From positions 31,062,001 to 31,126,000 of the forward strand of contig OZ231126.1 of assembly GCA_965153355.1 (NCBI GenBank): a stretch of 64,000 bases of DNA. The letters are read 5' to 3'. The position numbers were made by a program, and so were the translations under genes. Below, one piece after another: positions 1-29,580 of the stretch. Below the pieces are notes generated by a model. That model did no database searches. It saw nothing but the letters and a program-made list of their open reading frames with translations, and had not been told where the DNA came from. Source of the stretch: Flaccisagitta enflata (lineage: Eukaryota). Numbering within the stretch: position 1 is the first letter of the stretch; each line of letters begins with the position of its first letter.

Positions 1-17
1 AGTTCCCTGTGTTCCAC

Positions 18-68
<51 letters not shown>

Positions 69-74
<6 letters not shown>

Positions 75-1700
75 TGAATGAATGAATTGTAATGCTCATC
101 AAATGTGCGTTCATCACATCAACAATGTAACATTGTTATGAGCTGTACATCAGTACAAAGAATTACATCACTATTACGTTCAGAAGAAAGATTTATGATC
201 AAAAAAGTCTGCATGTCGTCACCACTAATGTGGTTCGTTCATAAGTTTTCTCTTAAACGACAATTTTGACTTTAGTCATTACACTAGACATTTGAGAATC
301 ACGTTCAATAGTTCATGGAGAATAGCTTATCATTTATCACAGGTACACGTTACTTTTTCAAATCAAGTATTTGTAATAAATACATAATAAATAGGTTCAG
401 AAAGCACAATTGTCGTCGCCACTGTAGTGACTCGTTCATAGGTATCTCTTAAACGACGTTTTGTGACTTCACTGATTTCATTGTAGGTGGTTAATGATCC
501 ACCTGCATGGTGCCATGGGCATTCTTTACATTCCAAAGTGTTTGTACATGGGGCAAGATCTTACATAGGGTATTGATACTGTCGGAATATACATCCTGGA
601 AATACATCCTGAAAATTAACTTGCTCGTCTTTTCCAACTAAGTTTTTTCCTTCCCATTTGATACATGAATGGAGTCGGTGATTTTCATCATCTGCGACCC
701 CACAAGTTTGACATTCCGTTTCAACCATTCCTTTGAAATTTTTCCCGCACTCTAACATACCATAACGCGCCACAATAACGGTTTTTGTTTCCTTTTTAGT
801 CATTTTTAGAAATTCTGGTTCTGGTTGACGTTTGTAAGTGTCTTGTTTCAGTTTGTCTATGATCGTTTTTGTTTTGCTCTTTAGTGTCTTTGTGTCGTTT
901 ACTGTCTTATAGCATTCTTCTTCGATTCTCTCTTTATTTCTTTTTTCTATGGAAAACTTTACCTTGTATCGCCATTCTCCAGCTGGAAGTTTTTTAATGT
1001 CATTAAAATTGTCTGGTAAGTTGTACTCAACAAGGAGGTTTTCTACCTTTTTGAACCATCCTATGTTCAGATTTTTTAAGGTCAAATCGATTTTTCCTGC
1101 CAATCAATTTCACCTCTGTTGAGAATCTTGTGAAGATACAATAGTATTTTTTGGTCCACCCGTTGTTTGGTAAAAAGTAAACCAAAGGAAAAAACTATTG
1201 ACACAGAAGGGGTGTGGATTGGGAGGTCAAACATATACTTTAATGCTTGTATTTCTATTTTTTCTAGTTCCTGTTCGTTCCCTTTGTTTAAATTCCCTTT
1301 GTTTAAATTCCAGCATTCCGAATTATTAATTAAACCGGAAATACTTTTCTTTTCATGGAGATCTAGTAGGACGCGGGTTTCCATTCTATTAAGCACTTCA
1401 GTTGCCGCAATAGAGTTAATGAGAATGGTCGTCACTTGCATCTTTGTTCTTCTTGAATCTATTGTTTCCTTGAATTTTCCATCGCTTGTAATGATGTCGC
1501 CTAGGTATTTGTAGCTCGTTGTCTCTTGTATTGTTAGATCCCCAACTTTCCATTCGTAACCTTCAGGTTTATCCTTATGGTATCCCACTCTCATTACTTT
1601 ACATTTCTCCTGACCCCATGTTATTTTATGTTTGATTGCAAACTCGGATATAACTTGCAAAATCTCTCGTTGCTCCGTCTCACCAACAGCAAATGACAGT
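69..1700 (-). mobile_element. 5'-truncated non-LTR retrotransposon (LINE) with RT C-terminal half, frameshifted, (ATTC)n 3' tail
   Basis: ORFs 1082-1774 and 561-1103 give KCKVMRVG, YKYLGDIITSDG, ELEKIEIQALK and C-terminal CxxC..H..C (CQTCGVADDENHRLHSC); frameshift near 1090; (GAAT)n at 68-86 is an (ATTC)n tail on the element strand. Confidence 0.85.
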
Positions 1701-2454
1701 ACAGAGAGAGAGAAGAGAGAGAGAGCAGAGAGAGCGAAAGCGAGAGCGGGAGACAGAGACAGCGACAGCGACAAAGAGGCAGAGATAGCGACAGAGTGGG
1801 ACAGAGACGCAGTGCTTTGGAGAGACAGAGAGACAGAGACAAACGGGAATAGAACAGTAGAGGGACAGACAGAGAAAGAGTTTTTTTGTCATGCAAATAT
1901 AAAAAAGCCAATGTGGGCTTTTCAACAATTTTAACTCGCTCAAAGAAGTTGTCCCTTCAGAGAACGGAACACGACAAAAAAAGACTAATTACTAATAAAA
2001 ACCGTCTTTCCCCCCTTTTTTTCTCGTTCATGCAAAATATTCCATTGGTCCAGACTAGACAAAGTTTGTGTAAACGAAAGATTCACTTAGGAAAACCATT
2101 TTTGGCAAAGTCAAAACAGTGGGCATTAGTTGACAAGCCCGACAGGCCAACCGCCGCGTGCTCCTCTTCAAACATTTATGAATTTGGTCTCCTTATGAGT
2201 TATATAGATAATAATCAATTCATACTTTGACGTGAAAGAAAAATGGATGAATTCAAACATAATTTGCGTAAATTCAACCAAAGCTTTGACATTTTTTGAA
2301 TCGCTGCCGATTTAGGCATCTTCTCGGTTGTCGGGGACGGGACCCGAGGTTATATTCCTCCGACAAAGACGGCATGGTCCGTCGAAAATATGGGCAAAAA
2401 TTTTTATTCTTGTGAGGTAGATAAGTTCTTGAAAGACAAATATGCAACGCTTCT

Positions 2455-2663
2455 CTCTTTCCTACGCAACTCTACACCCTTTCCTGGTCCGTCCGTCGAT
2501 CGTCGATGCGTTGGTCCATCGGTCCGTCGGTCCATCGGTCAATCTGCTACTTTTTGTTTTTGCGGTCTTTGGCCTCACTGCTACTGCCCAAATGATCAAG
2601 TGACCTCGAATACAGCCCCTGCCCACCCGCACGCGACGGGGTAGCCCTGTATCCGGCCTTGTT
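2455..2663 (+). mobile_element. Short HINE/DINE-1-like dispersed repeat; similar copies at ~2960-3230, 7241-7562(-), 8072-8140(-), 17178-17354(-), 28850-28960, 39069-39220, 40573-40722, 40817-41022, 55683-55785(-)
   Basis: Shared layout: TTTTAGTCGCG../ACTCTA, GTCC/GTCG microsatellite, CCCTGCCCACCCG, terminal GCCGTGTATCCGGCCTTGTT stem-loop. Confidence 0.65.
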
Positions 2664-3469
2664 TTGGGGGAAGAGGGCTACCAATGTCGATTTTTCCGTA
2701 ATATTTAGTCTGATGTCAGTGTTGCTCCCTTTTAATTGATCAAAATGCTCAGTTGTGCACAGTAAAAGATTGTGTTTGTCTTATTGAGTCGCAGGACAAG
2801 CGTAATAGACAAGAAAACGTTTGGAGTTTGAAAGAGGCATAGGGGCATAGGGGCAGAGGGGGTCATAAGTTCACTTTGGGTATAATTTCCCAAGTTGTCC
2901 TTGTTATTCAGTCTGTCACTCTTCGCCAGTTTTACTGCCTGCACCAATGCACCTCTCAATTCACCTCTGCAACGCTATAAGAGGCTTTGTCCATCCATCG
3001 GTCTGTCTGTTGGTCTGTCTGTTGGTCCGTTGGTCCGCCGGTCTATCGGTTTGTCCGTCGGTCCAACCGTCGGTCCGTCCATTGGTCTGTCCATTTATTG
3101 GTCTGTTGGTCCGCTGGTCCATCGGTCAATGTTGAAAAGTGGTAAAACAAGCATACTATATTTTGTGTGTGGGTGTGGGGTGTGGATGGGGGTTGCACGC
3201 CCCTGCCCACCCGTCTACAACGATATTTTTTAGAGTCGTTAAACAATCAAAACTAAAATTAACTCAATTTGAGGCATAATCGTGTGCCCTAAAACGTGTG
3301 CTCACCTTTGTTGTTCCTCAGTTCAATCTGTCTAAGCATGGTAATTTCCTTTGAATTTTCAATTCGTGCAACATTTACATATATGTGAATGTAAATCATT
3401 GTTGTATTTTACTTTTACGCCTCTGCTTCTTAGACTCTCTGTATCCGTTAATCATTCTGTCTATATGTG

Positions 3470-3958
<489 letters not shown>

Positions 3959-4009
3959 CCCATCCTTCTTTTGAAACTTCACCGTATTCTATCATTTTGC
4001 GTCGTTCAG

Positions 4010-5483
4010 CTTCGTAGATCGTCAGGAATACATAAAGCGACGCATGCGCGACATTTTCCGTGGCGGAGACGGTCATCATGGGGGAGGAGGAGGAGGAGAC
4101 GGTAACGCCTTTCCAATCGTCGCCGCCGCTCAAGGAAGACGTCGACAACACCTCAACAACGGCGCAGGGAGAGGCCGGGACGCACAAATGGCGTCCGGCG
4201 ATGCTACTATTGAGATCATGGTGGAACAAGTCAAAACAGTATTACCACAGGTCTGTTTTAGCTTACATTAGACGCTGTCTCGACTTTGCAGCCGACGAGA
4301 TTCATCATTGAGCCCCCAATATATGCAATAACCTCTAATCCAACACCGGCATGACATTGACAAAAGTCATTTAGTCTGAGCTACAAACACTGGACGCCCC
4401 CATCCCTTGAATGAAAACTGGTTTTTGGGCAGCGGCCCCAAAGGGCTGATGTCCTGTAGGACACAGGGGGTAATTTCCTAACGTCCGTCCGTCCCCCCCC
4501 CCCCTGGTTGGCCATCGAGGCCTAAAATCCTCACTCTCAGGCCTGATTTAGGCCCTCTAAGCCCTCAAATCAGCCCTCCAGGCCTCAAATCATCCCTCCA
4601 GACCTCAAATCAGCTCTCCAGGCCTCAAATCAGCTAAAAAATCAGTTATCCAGGCCTCAAATCTGCTCTCCAGCCCAAAAATCAGCACTCCAGGCCTCAA
4701 ATCAGCCCTCCAGGCCTCCAATCTGCCCCTAATGCCTTAAGCCTACCCCTGGATCTCATATCTAATCTTCAGGCCTAAAATCTTCCCCCTAAACCTCAAA
4801 TCCCTCTTAGGCCTGATATATTCCCCCTCAGGACGTCTGGAAATTACCCCCTGTGTCCTACAGGACATCGGCCCTTTGGGGCCGCTGCCCTGCTCTAAGT
4901 CCACTACTTCACTTGATCACTCCAAGCAGGGCATCGGGTACCGCTGACCATGTGCGATCCTTGGATGACTAGTTACAGTTAGTTTAGGGACATGATGCGG
5001 CGCGTAAGAACATAGTCATTGAAGGAGGTTATTCATCTGCCATTATATCTCCTGCTCCGCCTTTTCCCCCTCAAATTCACTTGTCAATGTCAGGTTCCGA
5101 CGTCGGCGATTCGTAAAGACATTCGGATCACAAAAGACGTGGACGTCTCCATCACTCGATTTCTCGAAGGAGTCGTCGCTTACGTCGCCGAAGAAGAGCA
5201 ACAACCCGCTTCCACGGTGGCAACGACGTCGACGGGCTCTTCTTCAGAGTTGGGACTGTTGCGCAATCGAATGTCGACAGTTTCTTCCACATCCTCGTCG
5301 ACGACGACCGCGTCTCATCATCCTCATCCTCCCGCTCCTCTCGCTCCCAAACAATTCGCCAAATCTTCGGATTTGAGACAATCTTGCTTCGCGGAAAGGA
5401 AAAGACTTTTGATCGAACAAAGCCGGGAAAAATATCTGAGGAGGATGGCAGAGAGCAAACAATCTGACAAAAAAGCCGATTGA
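4010..5483 (+). CDS. AUP1: AUP1 (lipid droplet/ERAD factor), last two coding exons: CUE domain + G2BR helix; 5' exons not identified in window
   Basis: Exons 4010-4250 and 5094-5483 with AG/GT boundaries splice in frame: FVDRQEYIKRR...MVEQVKTVLPQ|VPTSAIRKDIRITKDVDVSITRFLEG (CUE)...FAKSSDLRQSCFAERKRLLIEQSREKYLRR (G2BR). Order and termination right after G2BR fit AUP1 better than AMFR/gp78. Confidence 0.85.
4422..4975 (+). mobile_element. Non-autonomous element with ~60-bp inverted arms and internal ~20-bp tandem repeats (Helentron/HINE-like) in AUP1 intron
   Basis: Arms 4427-4486 and 4831-4890 (GGGCAGCGGCCCC..., 3 mismatches), GTCC microsatellite, (TCAAATCAGCCCTCCAGGCC)n core, T-run at left end, GACTAGTT at right end. 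Confidence 0.7.
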
Positions 5484-5999
5484 TCCCGAATTCCCGACAT
5501 TGTTAATTCAAATCTTCTTATTTTTTTGGAGGGGGGAGGTGGGGAGGGTGAGGTGGGATGCTGAATTTTCATATCCAAACAGTGCGTTTATCACCAGTAT
5601 GGGTAAGATCCGCGAACAGGCGTCCTCGGGACTCGAAAAATTATCATGTTTTCTATTTGTCTGTTACTTATCTTAACCTTCCCCACTGACCAACTAAAGT
5701 CGTTTCTACGAATGTTGGCGCTTAACGAAACGTAGCACGTCGGCAAATGTAAGATTTTACTTAATTATGCAAATAAGGAAAATGAGCGTATGTTAATTCC
5801 TGCGCGAAGCAGAATCTTTCTATCTTTAGCTATGGAGACTCTAGTTTTAGTTGATAAAACCTATGTGCCTCCTCGCGCATCTATAAGAGGTCGTATCTGT
5901 ACATCGGTCGATTGGTCGGTCGGTCTGTCCATCATGCATGTTGAGAAAGCCCAATGCTACGGATTTTTGGCGTCCTTTCAGTCGTCAGCTCTTTTTCAT

Positions 6000-6432
6000 T
6001 CCAACATTCATATTTATCAATTAGTCATCCAATTATTCACTCGTTCATTCATTCAATCGTTCACTCATTCATTCGTTCACCCATTCATTTTTTCACTTGT
6101 TCATTCATAAATCCATTCAGTTATTCATTCATTCATTTGTTCATTTAATTTTTCACTGGTTCATTCAATCATTCACTCGTTCATTCATTCATTCATTCAT
6201 TCACTCGTTCATTCATTCACTCATTTATTCATGCACTAGTTTATTTATTCATTCACTAGTTCATTCATTTAATCATTCATTCATTCAATAACTGGTTCAT
6301 TTATCTATTCATTCAATGACTCGTTCATTCATCCACTCGTTCATTCATTCACTCGTTCATTCATTCACCCGTTCATTCATTCGCCCGTTCATTTATTCTT
6401 TTGTTCATTCATATATTCATTTACTCATTCAT
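6000..6432. repeat. (TTCA)n degenerate tetranucleotide array
   Basis: CATT/TTCA repeats within a HINE-like element. Confidence 0.85.
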
Positions 6433-6627
6433 GAAGAAATAAAAAGTCGGCTTTCAAAAGCTACACGTCGTGTTTCAGCGTTAAGCACATTTTTGTGCCT
6501 CAGTTGCCATTTTATCTTCACTGCGAAAAGCAATTTGATTTGGACAACTTTTATGCAGGGTTGTATACTAATATTACCAAAAAAAAAGGCCGATCGCCGT
6601 TGAGAGAGAGAGAGCGAGAGCGAGAGA

Positions 6628-6665
<38 letters not shown>

Positions 6666-7798
6666 AAGAAAGAAAGAGAAAGAGAAAGAGAAAGAGAAAG
6701 AGAGAGAGAGAGAGAGAGAAAACAATGGCCCCTGCCCAATTGTCCACAACTGTCTTGCCGTGAATCCAGCCTTGTTTTTGTTACATAGGGCTAAAAATAT
6801 TCACCTTGGGGAAAAATGCAAAAAAGAAAAAATCACAGCCTGAAAACTATTGATTGTACAGAATTCTGTTTAGCGCTATCTCATGTCATCGCATGCATCG
6901 CATTACAAAATCTACAATTTTATTTCCCACAATCAATAAAACAGTATAATATAGGTTGAAATAGTGTTAGCTTGTGTCATACAGACGTGCAGATTAGGTG
7001 TAGCAAAGCTACGCGGCAGGTAGGCTGCCAAGTGCGGCAGGTGCGGCAGGCGTGGTAGGCGGGAAGGGGAAGGGGAAAAAAAGAAAGAAAGAAAGAAAGA
7101 ATGAAAGAATGACAGAAAGAAAGGAAATGTAGTCAAGAAGATTGAGAAAGGAAAAAAACGAGTACTTTCCTCTGAATTAACAAGGCCGTATACTATACAC
7201 TCCCCCTAAGTCGCCGACGGGTGGGTAGGAGCGGAATAGCAAAACAAGGCCGGATACACGGCCGATAAGCAGTCGCTTAGGGTGGGCAGGGACAGAAATG
7301 CAGGTGGGCAGGGGCAGCGTGTGGCTGGGCTGGGGCCGTAATGTGGGTGGGCAGGAGCCGTGATGATCAAAAATCGCTATTTCAGCCGATTTCGCGTCAT
7401 TCAGATTTTCGCATTCCCTTAATTCATTCCTTCACACCCTCTTGTAGAGTCGCTTGGCAAGCGACCAAAAACGCTCGCATTTTGTTTTTGTTAATTGTTA
7501 CAGACGGACTGACCGACAAACCGACACGACAAGTTCTAGACTCGCGAGTCCGATACTAAAAACACTTAGGAATCTTCATTTTCTCCAACCTGATCAGGTA
7601 ACAACAGCTTAATTGCGTTTGTTGATTAAGATCTCAATTAGCACCGTTTCTAGGCCTGATTTTTTGCTGCCGCAGATCGTGGTATATTAAGTGAGAGCAG
7701 CCGCAATCACGAGTCTTGCTGACCATTTACAGACGGGAACATTTTAAGAGCTGAGGCGGGACCCTAAGCGTTAGCAACCCCCCCCCCCACAGCCCACT

Positions 7799-8069
7799 GT
7801 GTTCAGACAATTTTGACACTTACTGTGACGGTTGATACCTTAAGGGGGTACAAGTGGCGCCATCGTAGCGATTTTTGAATTTCTACCTAGAACACCCCTA
7901 AATCTTTAAAATTGATGAAAAAAACTTTAATTTCATTTAGGCAGATTTGGGTGATTTCATTAAATTTAAGGGTGTTCTAAATGGAAATTCAAAAATCGCC
8001 ACGGTTGCGCCATTTGTACCCACCTAAGGTGTCAATCGCCACAGTAAGTGTCAAAATTGTCTGAATACA
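7799..8069. mobile_element. Foldback MITE
   Basis: Nearly whole-length inverted repeat: TGTGTTCAGACAATTTTGACACTTACTGTG ... CACAGTAAGTGTCAAAATTGTCTGAATACA. Confidence 0.8.
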
Positions 8070-9020
8070 TTTAAGTGTGACAGACTGACAGATGGACGGA
8101 CAGACAGAGTAGGGTGTATAGTCGCGTGCACGCGACTAAAAACGTTACCATTGAACCGAAACATTGATAGACACGACAAGGTGTAGAGTCACGAGTCCGT
8201 GACTGAAAATGGCATTTGTTTGAATAAAAACTATGCTCAAATATTTGAGTTTCGCAATCCCTATACATATAAATTTTCTACTTTATAGTCTCATTAAAAA
8301 ACTCGTTCTCTGGTTGTAAAAAGATGCTGTGAGTGTTGCTTTTACACAGTACTAGCATTTGAAAACCTACTTTCATGTGTACTGAATGTTTTTCTTTTCA
8401 TTTTAAGTTTCTGATATAAAGGTCAGGGTAGGGGTAAGAGCTGGAAGGAGGGGGTGGGCAAATGTGGAAAAAGTGCGACAGCCAACTAAGAGAAAATCCT
8501 GCTATGCGGCAGCTTCCGGAATCTGCACGTCTGGTGTTTAGTAATAAAATTTTAGCTTTTTGTTCTACCAAAAGTGTAAAATCTTCAAAAATTGTTCTTT
8601 TTTTCAAGCTTTTGATTTTTTTCCCCATCTTGAAACTATTTCATTCACCCCCCCCCCCTCCAACCGGGGAATGGAATACTCAACTACGCACGCCTGCTTT
8701 CATGGGAATGGGCCATATGTGAAGATATGCCTATTTTGGACTTTGCAAGACGCTCAGTCGAATATAATCGGAGGTCGCTCAAGACTTCCGCAATCCATTT
8801 TTATGTGTGGAAACGTGAGCGTAAGTTTGGCGGAGGGAGAAACACTAATCTGAAAACTTAGATCATTCGGGTCAATTTGCATAATTTAAATTCTCACAAA
8901 TTGTCAACGTGTTTAAGTCAGGGATCCCCCACACAAATTATCATGATCCCCACTTAAAAAGTTCAAAAGTTAGGCCTTTTTCGTGGAATGTTTTGACTTT
9001 GACGATGATGATGACGATGA

Positions 9021-9051
<31 letters not shown>

Positions 9052-10529
9052 TACGACGACAACGATGGTCGAGGCATCAGTTAGTCTTTCCCCTTCCTTG
9101 CCTTGCAGTTCGGCACGTCAGAGCAATCAAACAATGGTTTTTATGTGATAAGGACTCAATGAGCAACTTGCTTAAATTCTTGGCTGAGCGTCTTAATTCT
9201 TAAAGCGTCCGAAATAGGGTCATATCTCCGCATGGTCCACTCAAATGATTGTTACTCATATGTTTTCGTTTTCTTTTTTCGTAGCGAGGAAAACATACTA
9301 ACATAGGCATTAGAAAGGCAGAAACTAATGATGAACGTCTAACAATGGAATACGACATGAAAAATACTCATGGGACAAATTGGGACATGGCTTCTTAAAG
9401 CGTCCGAAATAGGGATGGTCTGAAAAAAGAACGAGGAAGTAATCTTTCATGAATGTTGACCAAAACAACGGTTGTTTTTGCTCATTTAGGGGTACAGCTA
9501 GGGGCCACGACAGAAAAATATGCTTATGTTCACTAAATAGACCCCAAACAAAAAAAATGAACTCAAGCATAGAAGTGATGTAATGAATGGCATTTTCTAG
9601 CAATTGGTGCTTGAGCTTTCAAGGCGGTTTTCTCGCGTAAAAATAAAGATATCGCCAAACTTTTTTTTTCCTTTTTCTCCTTGAAGCTGACGGCGATGGT
9701 TTGAAGTTTCATTTAATGTAATGGTGGCCATAAAAAGCGTACTATGTCAATAATTCTGTGTGATACATATTAGTTACACGATTTTCTACAATAAATAGTC
9801 GTTATTTCAGCCTGAAATCGCATAAAAATCGCGATTTTTCAATGAAAATATTAGTGCATGGACTCAGAAACAATGTATGAGGGTGGATTTGGGCACTGAC
9901 ACCCACAGGAACGAAAACGCACAGCTAAATAAGGGCAGAAAAAGAAAAAATGCACCTCAACCCCCTGAAAAAAAATTTAACCTATGGTTTTATTGATATT
10001 CGGTCAGATAATTTTGAGCAATCATGCACAAAACTATGGCAGGCGCGCTCCTGGTTTTTGTAGACACTTTCGCATCATTCAAATACTGCAGTGATAAAGT
10101 AACGTCGACCAAACACAAACTTTGATAGAATGAGTATAGTATGCCTGTGTTTGTGCTAAAGTTGGAGGTCGTTTCTTTGAAAAAGATGAATAGATATGTA
10201 TTGATTGATAGATAGAACATAGAACGACTCCGATACCTCTATCTTCATGGGCAAAGACGCAGTTCAACTTTCCTCCAATCGGTCTTATTTTGCAGTTTAC
10301 CCTGAAACAGCATGACGAAGCAACCGATGGACCAACACTTGGTCTCGATAAGGTGGAAGATATTTGTGGAATAGAAATCGTGATATGGTGTAAGAAAGAA
10401 AAAACTGGAGCATTACGCCGGAGAAAAATTCAGACTTCACCGGTAACTAATTTGCATTCCCTCAAAAAAACAAAACACTGCACTTCATAAAAACAAACCA
10501 TAAAACAAAACAATCACACAAACATTAAA

Positions 10530-26144
<15,615 letters not shown>

Positions 26145-26595
26145 CCAGGAAATTACTGGTCTACATGAGTTTGTAGTTGCCATGATCTTGTTCTAACGTA
26201 TATTTAAGGGGCTGTTATCCACAAGATGGAAGCTATGCGACATGCTGAATGAGGATAGGCACAGACAAAAGACTAACATGCAACGTGGTTATTACGCGTA
26301 ATCTATCAAGTAGAAAAAAGCCGCTCATACGTAAGATGGATAAGGGCATGAATGCGCTAGGAAACGAGTTGTCTGAACTATTATTACTAATATACTGATT
26401 CTTTTTAGTTGCGGACACGCAACTCTATAAAAGGCTTTGTCCGTGCGTTGCGCTAGATGGCTCCTTGGGTATTTGAGTGAAAATTTTCATCTCTCCAATA
26501 TCACTGTATGAATCGTAATAAAATTATTGCCAAGCCCAGCCCCAAATTTTATTGCTTCAGCCCCACACCATGCAATCTGTAATACAAAAATGTGA

Positions 26596-26886
26596 GATTA
26601 AACCCCAAGCAACTCGGGGTTGAACCCCAAGCAAACCCCGAGTAACCCCGAGCAACCCCAAGCAATTCCAAGTTTTAGGTTTGCTCGGGGTTGCTCGGGG
26701 TTGCTTTTGGTTGAACCCCAAGCAAACCCCGAGCAAATCCTGAGCAACCCCAAGCAACCCCGAGGAAACCCCGAGTGCCAGAAAGCTTAGGGTTTGCTCG
26801 GGGTTGCTCGGGGTTTGCTCGGGGTCAAACCCCAAGCAACCCCAAGCAACCCCGAGCAACCCCAAGTAACCCCCGGGGTTTAATCT
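26596..26886. mobile_element. MITE-like element built of AACCCC(A/G)AGC motifs in both orientations
   Basis: TIR AGATTAAACCCC / GGGGTTTAATCT; lies inside a larger AAGCCC-rich element ~26522-27960. Confidence 0.6.
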
Positions 26887-27245
26887 TATCTCAGATTACC
26901 TGGTGCCCCATCAAGCCCGCCTCATTGAGCCACCATGACCATCTGAAAACTGTTTCAAAGAATTCCTATAGGGTCCGTTGTTACTTATAGAGTCAGACCT
27001 TAGGTTATAATGACCTAGTTGTAAAGATAAAATAGCGAAGCCCGCAAAAAAATTGCTAAGCCCCCCAAAAATTAGGCAAGCCCCAGTTTTCCTTCTAAGA
27101 GGCTCATTTTAGTGTATGAGGAATTTACAGGTTGTAAAAGTTTCCAATTAGAAAACTGATTCACCGTCAATGCAGACGTTGCTATTAGTGTTGGAGAGAG
27201 TAGAGTGAGTGGCTCGTTCAGTACTTGAACATAGCTGTTTCAAGT

Positions 27246-27288
<43 letters not shown>

Positions 27289-29580
27289 TGTCTGTCTGTC
27301 TGTATGTTAGTGCCTGCGTTTGCGTGTGTGTGTGCATGAATGTGTTTGCATGTGCATATGTGTATACTCCACTTAAATACACGTTAGTGTATTTTGTTGC
27401 CTCAGCACTCAAGGTGTGTGTGTGTGTGTGTGTCTGTGTGTGTGTGTGCGTGTTTGTGTGTGTGTGCGTGTGTGTGCATGCGTGTGTTTTAGACTTTGTG
27501 CGTGTTTGTTACAACATTTCTGCATTAAACAATTTAACTTAGTAACTAAGTTAGTTTCGTATATTATGAAAGAAAGAACTGTTTTGATAGGTTGTTCTTT
27601 GCATCAGCAATCTCGATTCACTTTCCTTTCCTCTTCATCTTCCTCCCACCTAACCATAGACTCATTTACTCTTTGACGCATTGTCACCAATTCCAATCGG
27701 AAACTTTGGCAGCTTAGAAATTTGTCATACTTTAAAAAAATGGGGCTTGCATCAAGCCCCGGGCTTGGTTTTAAAAATAAGGGGCTTAACTATTTTTTTG
27801 TTATATCCAGACTTGAAGTATCAAGAATCTGATACTCAAACCAATGCATGACCTCAGCAAAAGTGTCTGAAACAATCATTTGATACATATCATTGCTAGA
27901 CAAGGTGGGCTTATAGTTCTTTTTTATGGGCTTAGTAGGGGCGGGGCTTGGCGATCATTTCATACGGTGAATATGGCTTAAACTAAGTAGAATAGTCATG
28001 GTAGCATTTGAGAATATATTACCAGTCCATATGACAGGTTTTATAGCGATTTGGAGTGAGAAAAGGCGACCTAAATGAACATTACAAGGAAAAATGCTAA
28101 ATTTTAAGAAAAATCAATGAATTTTTTGGATTACCTGTTAAAATTACAAAAAGCTCATGATATCTTCAATTTTGGATGCGATTCCTTCATTAATGTTAAC
28201 ATGTCTGGAAAAATTTAAAAAATAATTATTTTTTACAATTTCAGCACTGATAAATCAGTATTACTACATATCTGACCTAATTTGCATACTTTCATTACCC
28301 TATAGATAGAAAAAATCGCACAAGGATGCACAACGAGTGACCTATGCCAAAATGTAGTTCAAGGGGTGCTGAATCCAGAATGCTATGGCTCAAGTGGGCC
28401 TTTGATGTCCAAATTGCGATTTTCTTAGACTAAAGTGGCCAAGAAATAATGTGGATAACAATAAAAATCTATATTTGATTGGAAGAAAAATGAGCAAAAT
28501 GAGCTAAAAAATGATTTTTTTTTAGCACTTCAGTGAGGAATCTTATTGAACAAAGACAAGAATTTGATTGATTTGGTCAAAGCATTAGACAATTTAAATA
28601 TTAAATGTAAGAGAGTTTAGTAGTATTTTTCACTTGATTTTCTCAAATTTCTCTTCTTTTGTACTCTAAGCTCATAAAGCTTTTAATCCAATAGAAATGA
28701 GTCAATACTGGGTATAAATAGTTTCATAATGTTTAAAAATATGCAGAAAAATGTTTTTCACTCTGTATATTTCATCAGGAACAATGTAATGAAAAGGATG
28801 TACTGCTAATCCCAATTGAGCCACCTAGCGCACAATTCAGCCCACAGTGCGTCCCTCCGTTGGTCCGTCTGGGGTCATCGAGTTGAAAAGTGGGAAACGG
28901 GCATTTCCGCCCCTGCCAACCCGTCCGCAATTGGTATTGGCTGTGTATCCGGCCTTGTTCTTTTTTCCGTAGTGCCTCTTGAAAATCTCTATTCATTCAA
29001 ATTAGTAGTGCATGGGATTAAACCGTTTGGTTGTACAAAAGATGCATTCCTGTATTGTTGACATTGTGCCGATATTGGTCCTCATTCCTCAAAAAAAGTG
29101 CCTTCTAGTCACTTCTTTTTCAGCTCCTCCTCTCCCCAGTTTCCGAAATCGCAGTATTTAAATTTTGTGTTGCATGTTGTGGATCCTTTAACATGAAATA
29201 GCCGGGGCATATAAACAGGCCAAAAAGGCCAATATAATATTTTCAAAATTGGCTTAGTATGGGATGGACAGAATTTTGACTTGATCCTAAGATTTTCTAT
29301 CACTCATACGGTCATACCTAGCAAGCCCCTTTCATGTCAGATCTGGTGCAAGGAGACAGAATGTTTGAATTTGCTGTGTAACATGTTACGAAGTTATGTG
29401 TCAGGATTGTTAAAGTGGGAGCTGAAGTAAAGATATGGTCTTGGATTGCAAGTTGACCTTGTTTTATAACTGCATATTTAAACGCAATAAATTGTTTAAA
29501 AAGAAGAACTGTTTGCAGTGACATTTATTATATTTCAACATGCAGGCAAATTCTTTTCAGCGAGGTATAGAAAAAGGGTA

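Noticed and set aside
2316..2417. Possible upstream AUP1 exon (AG..GT bounded)
   Set aside because: No frame resembles the expected AUP1 acyltransferase-like sequence.
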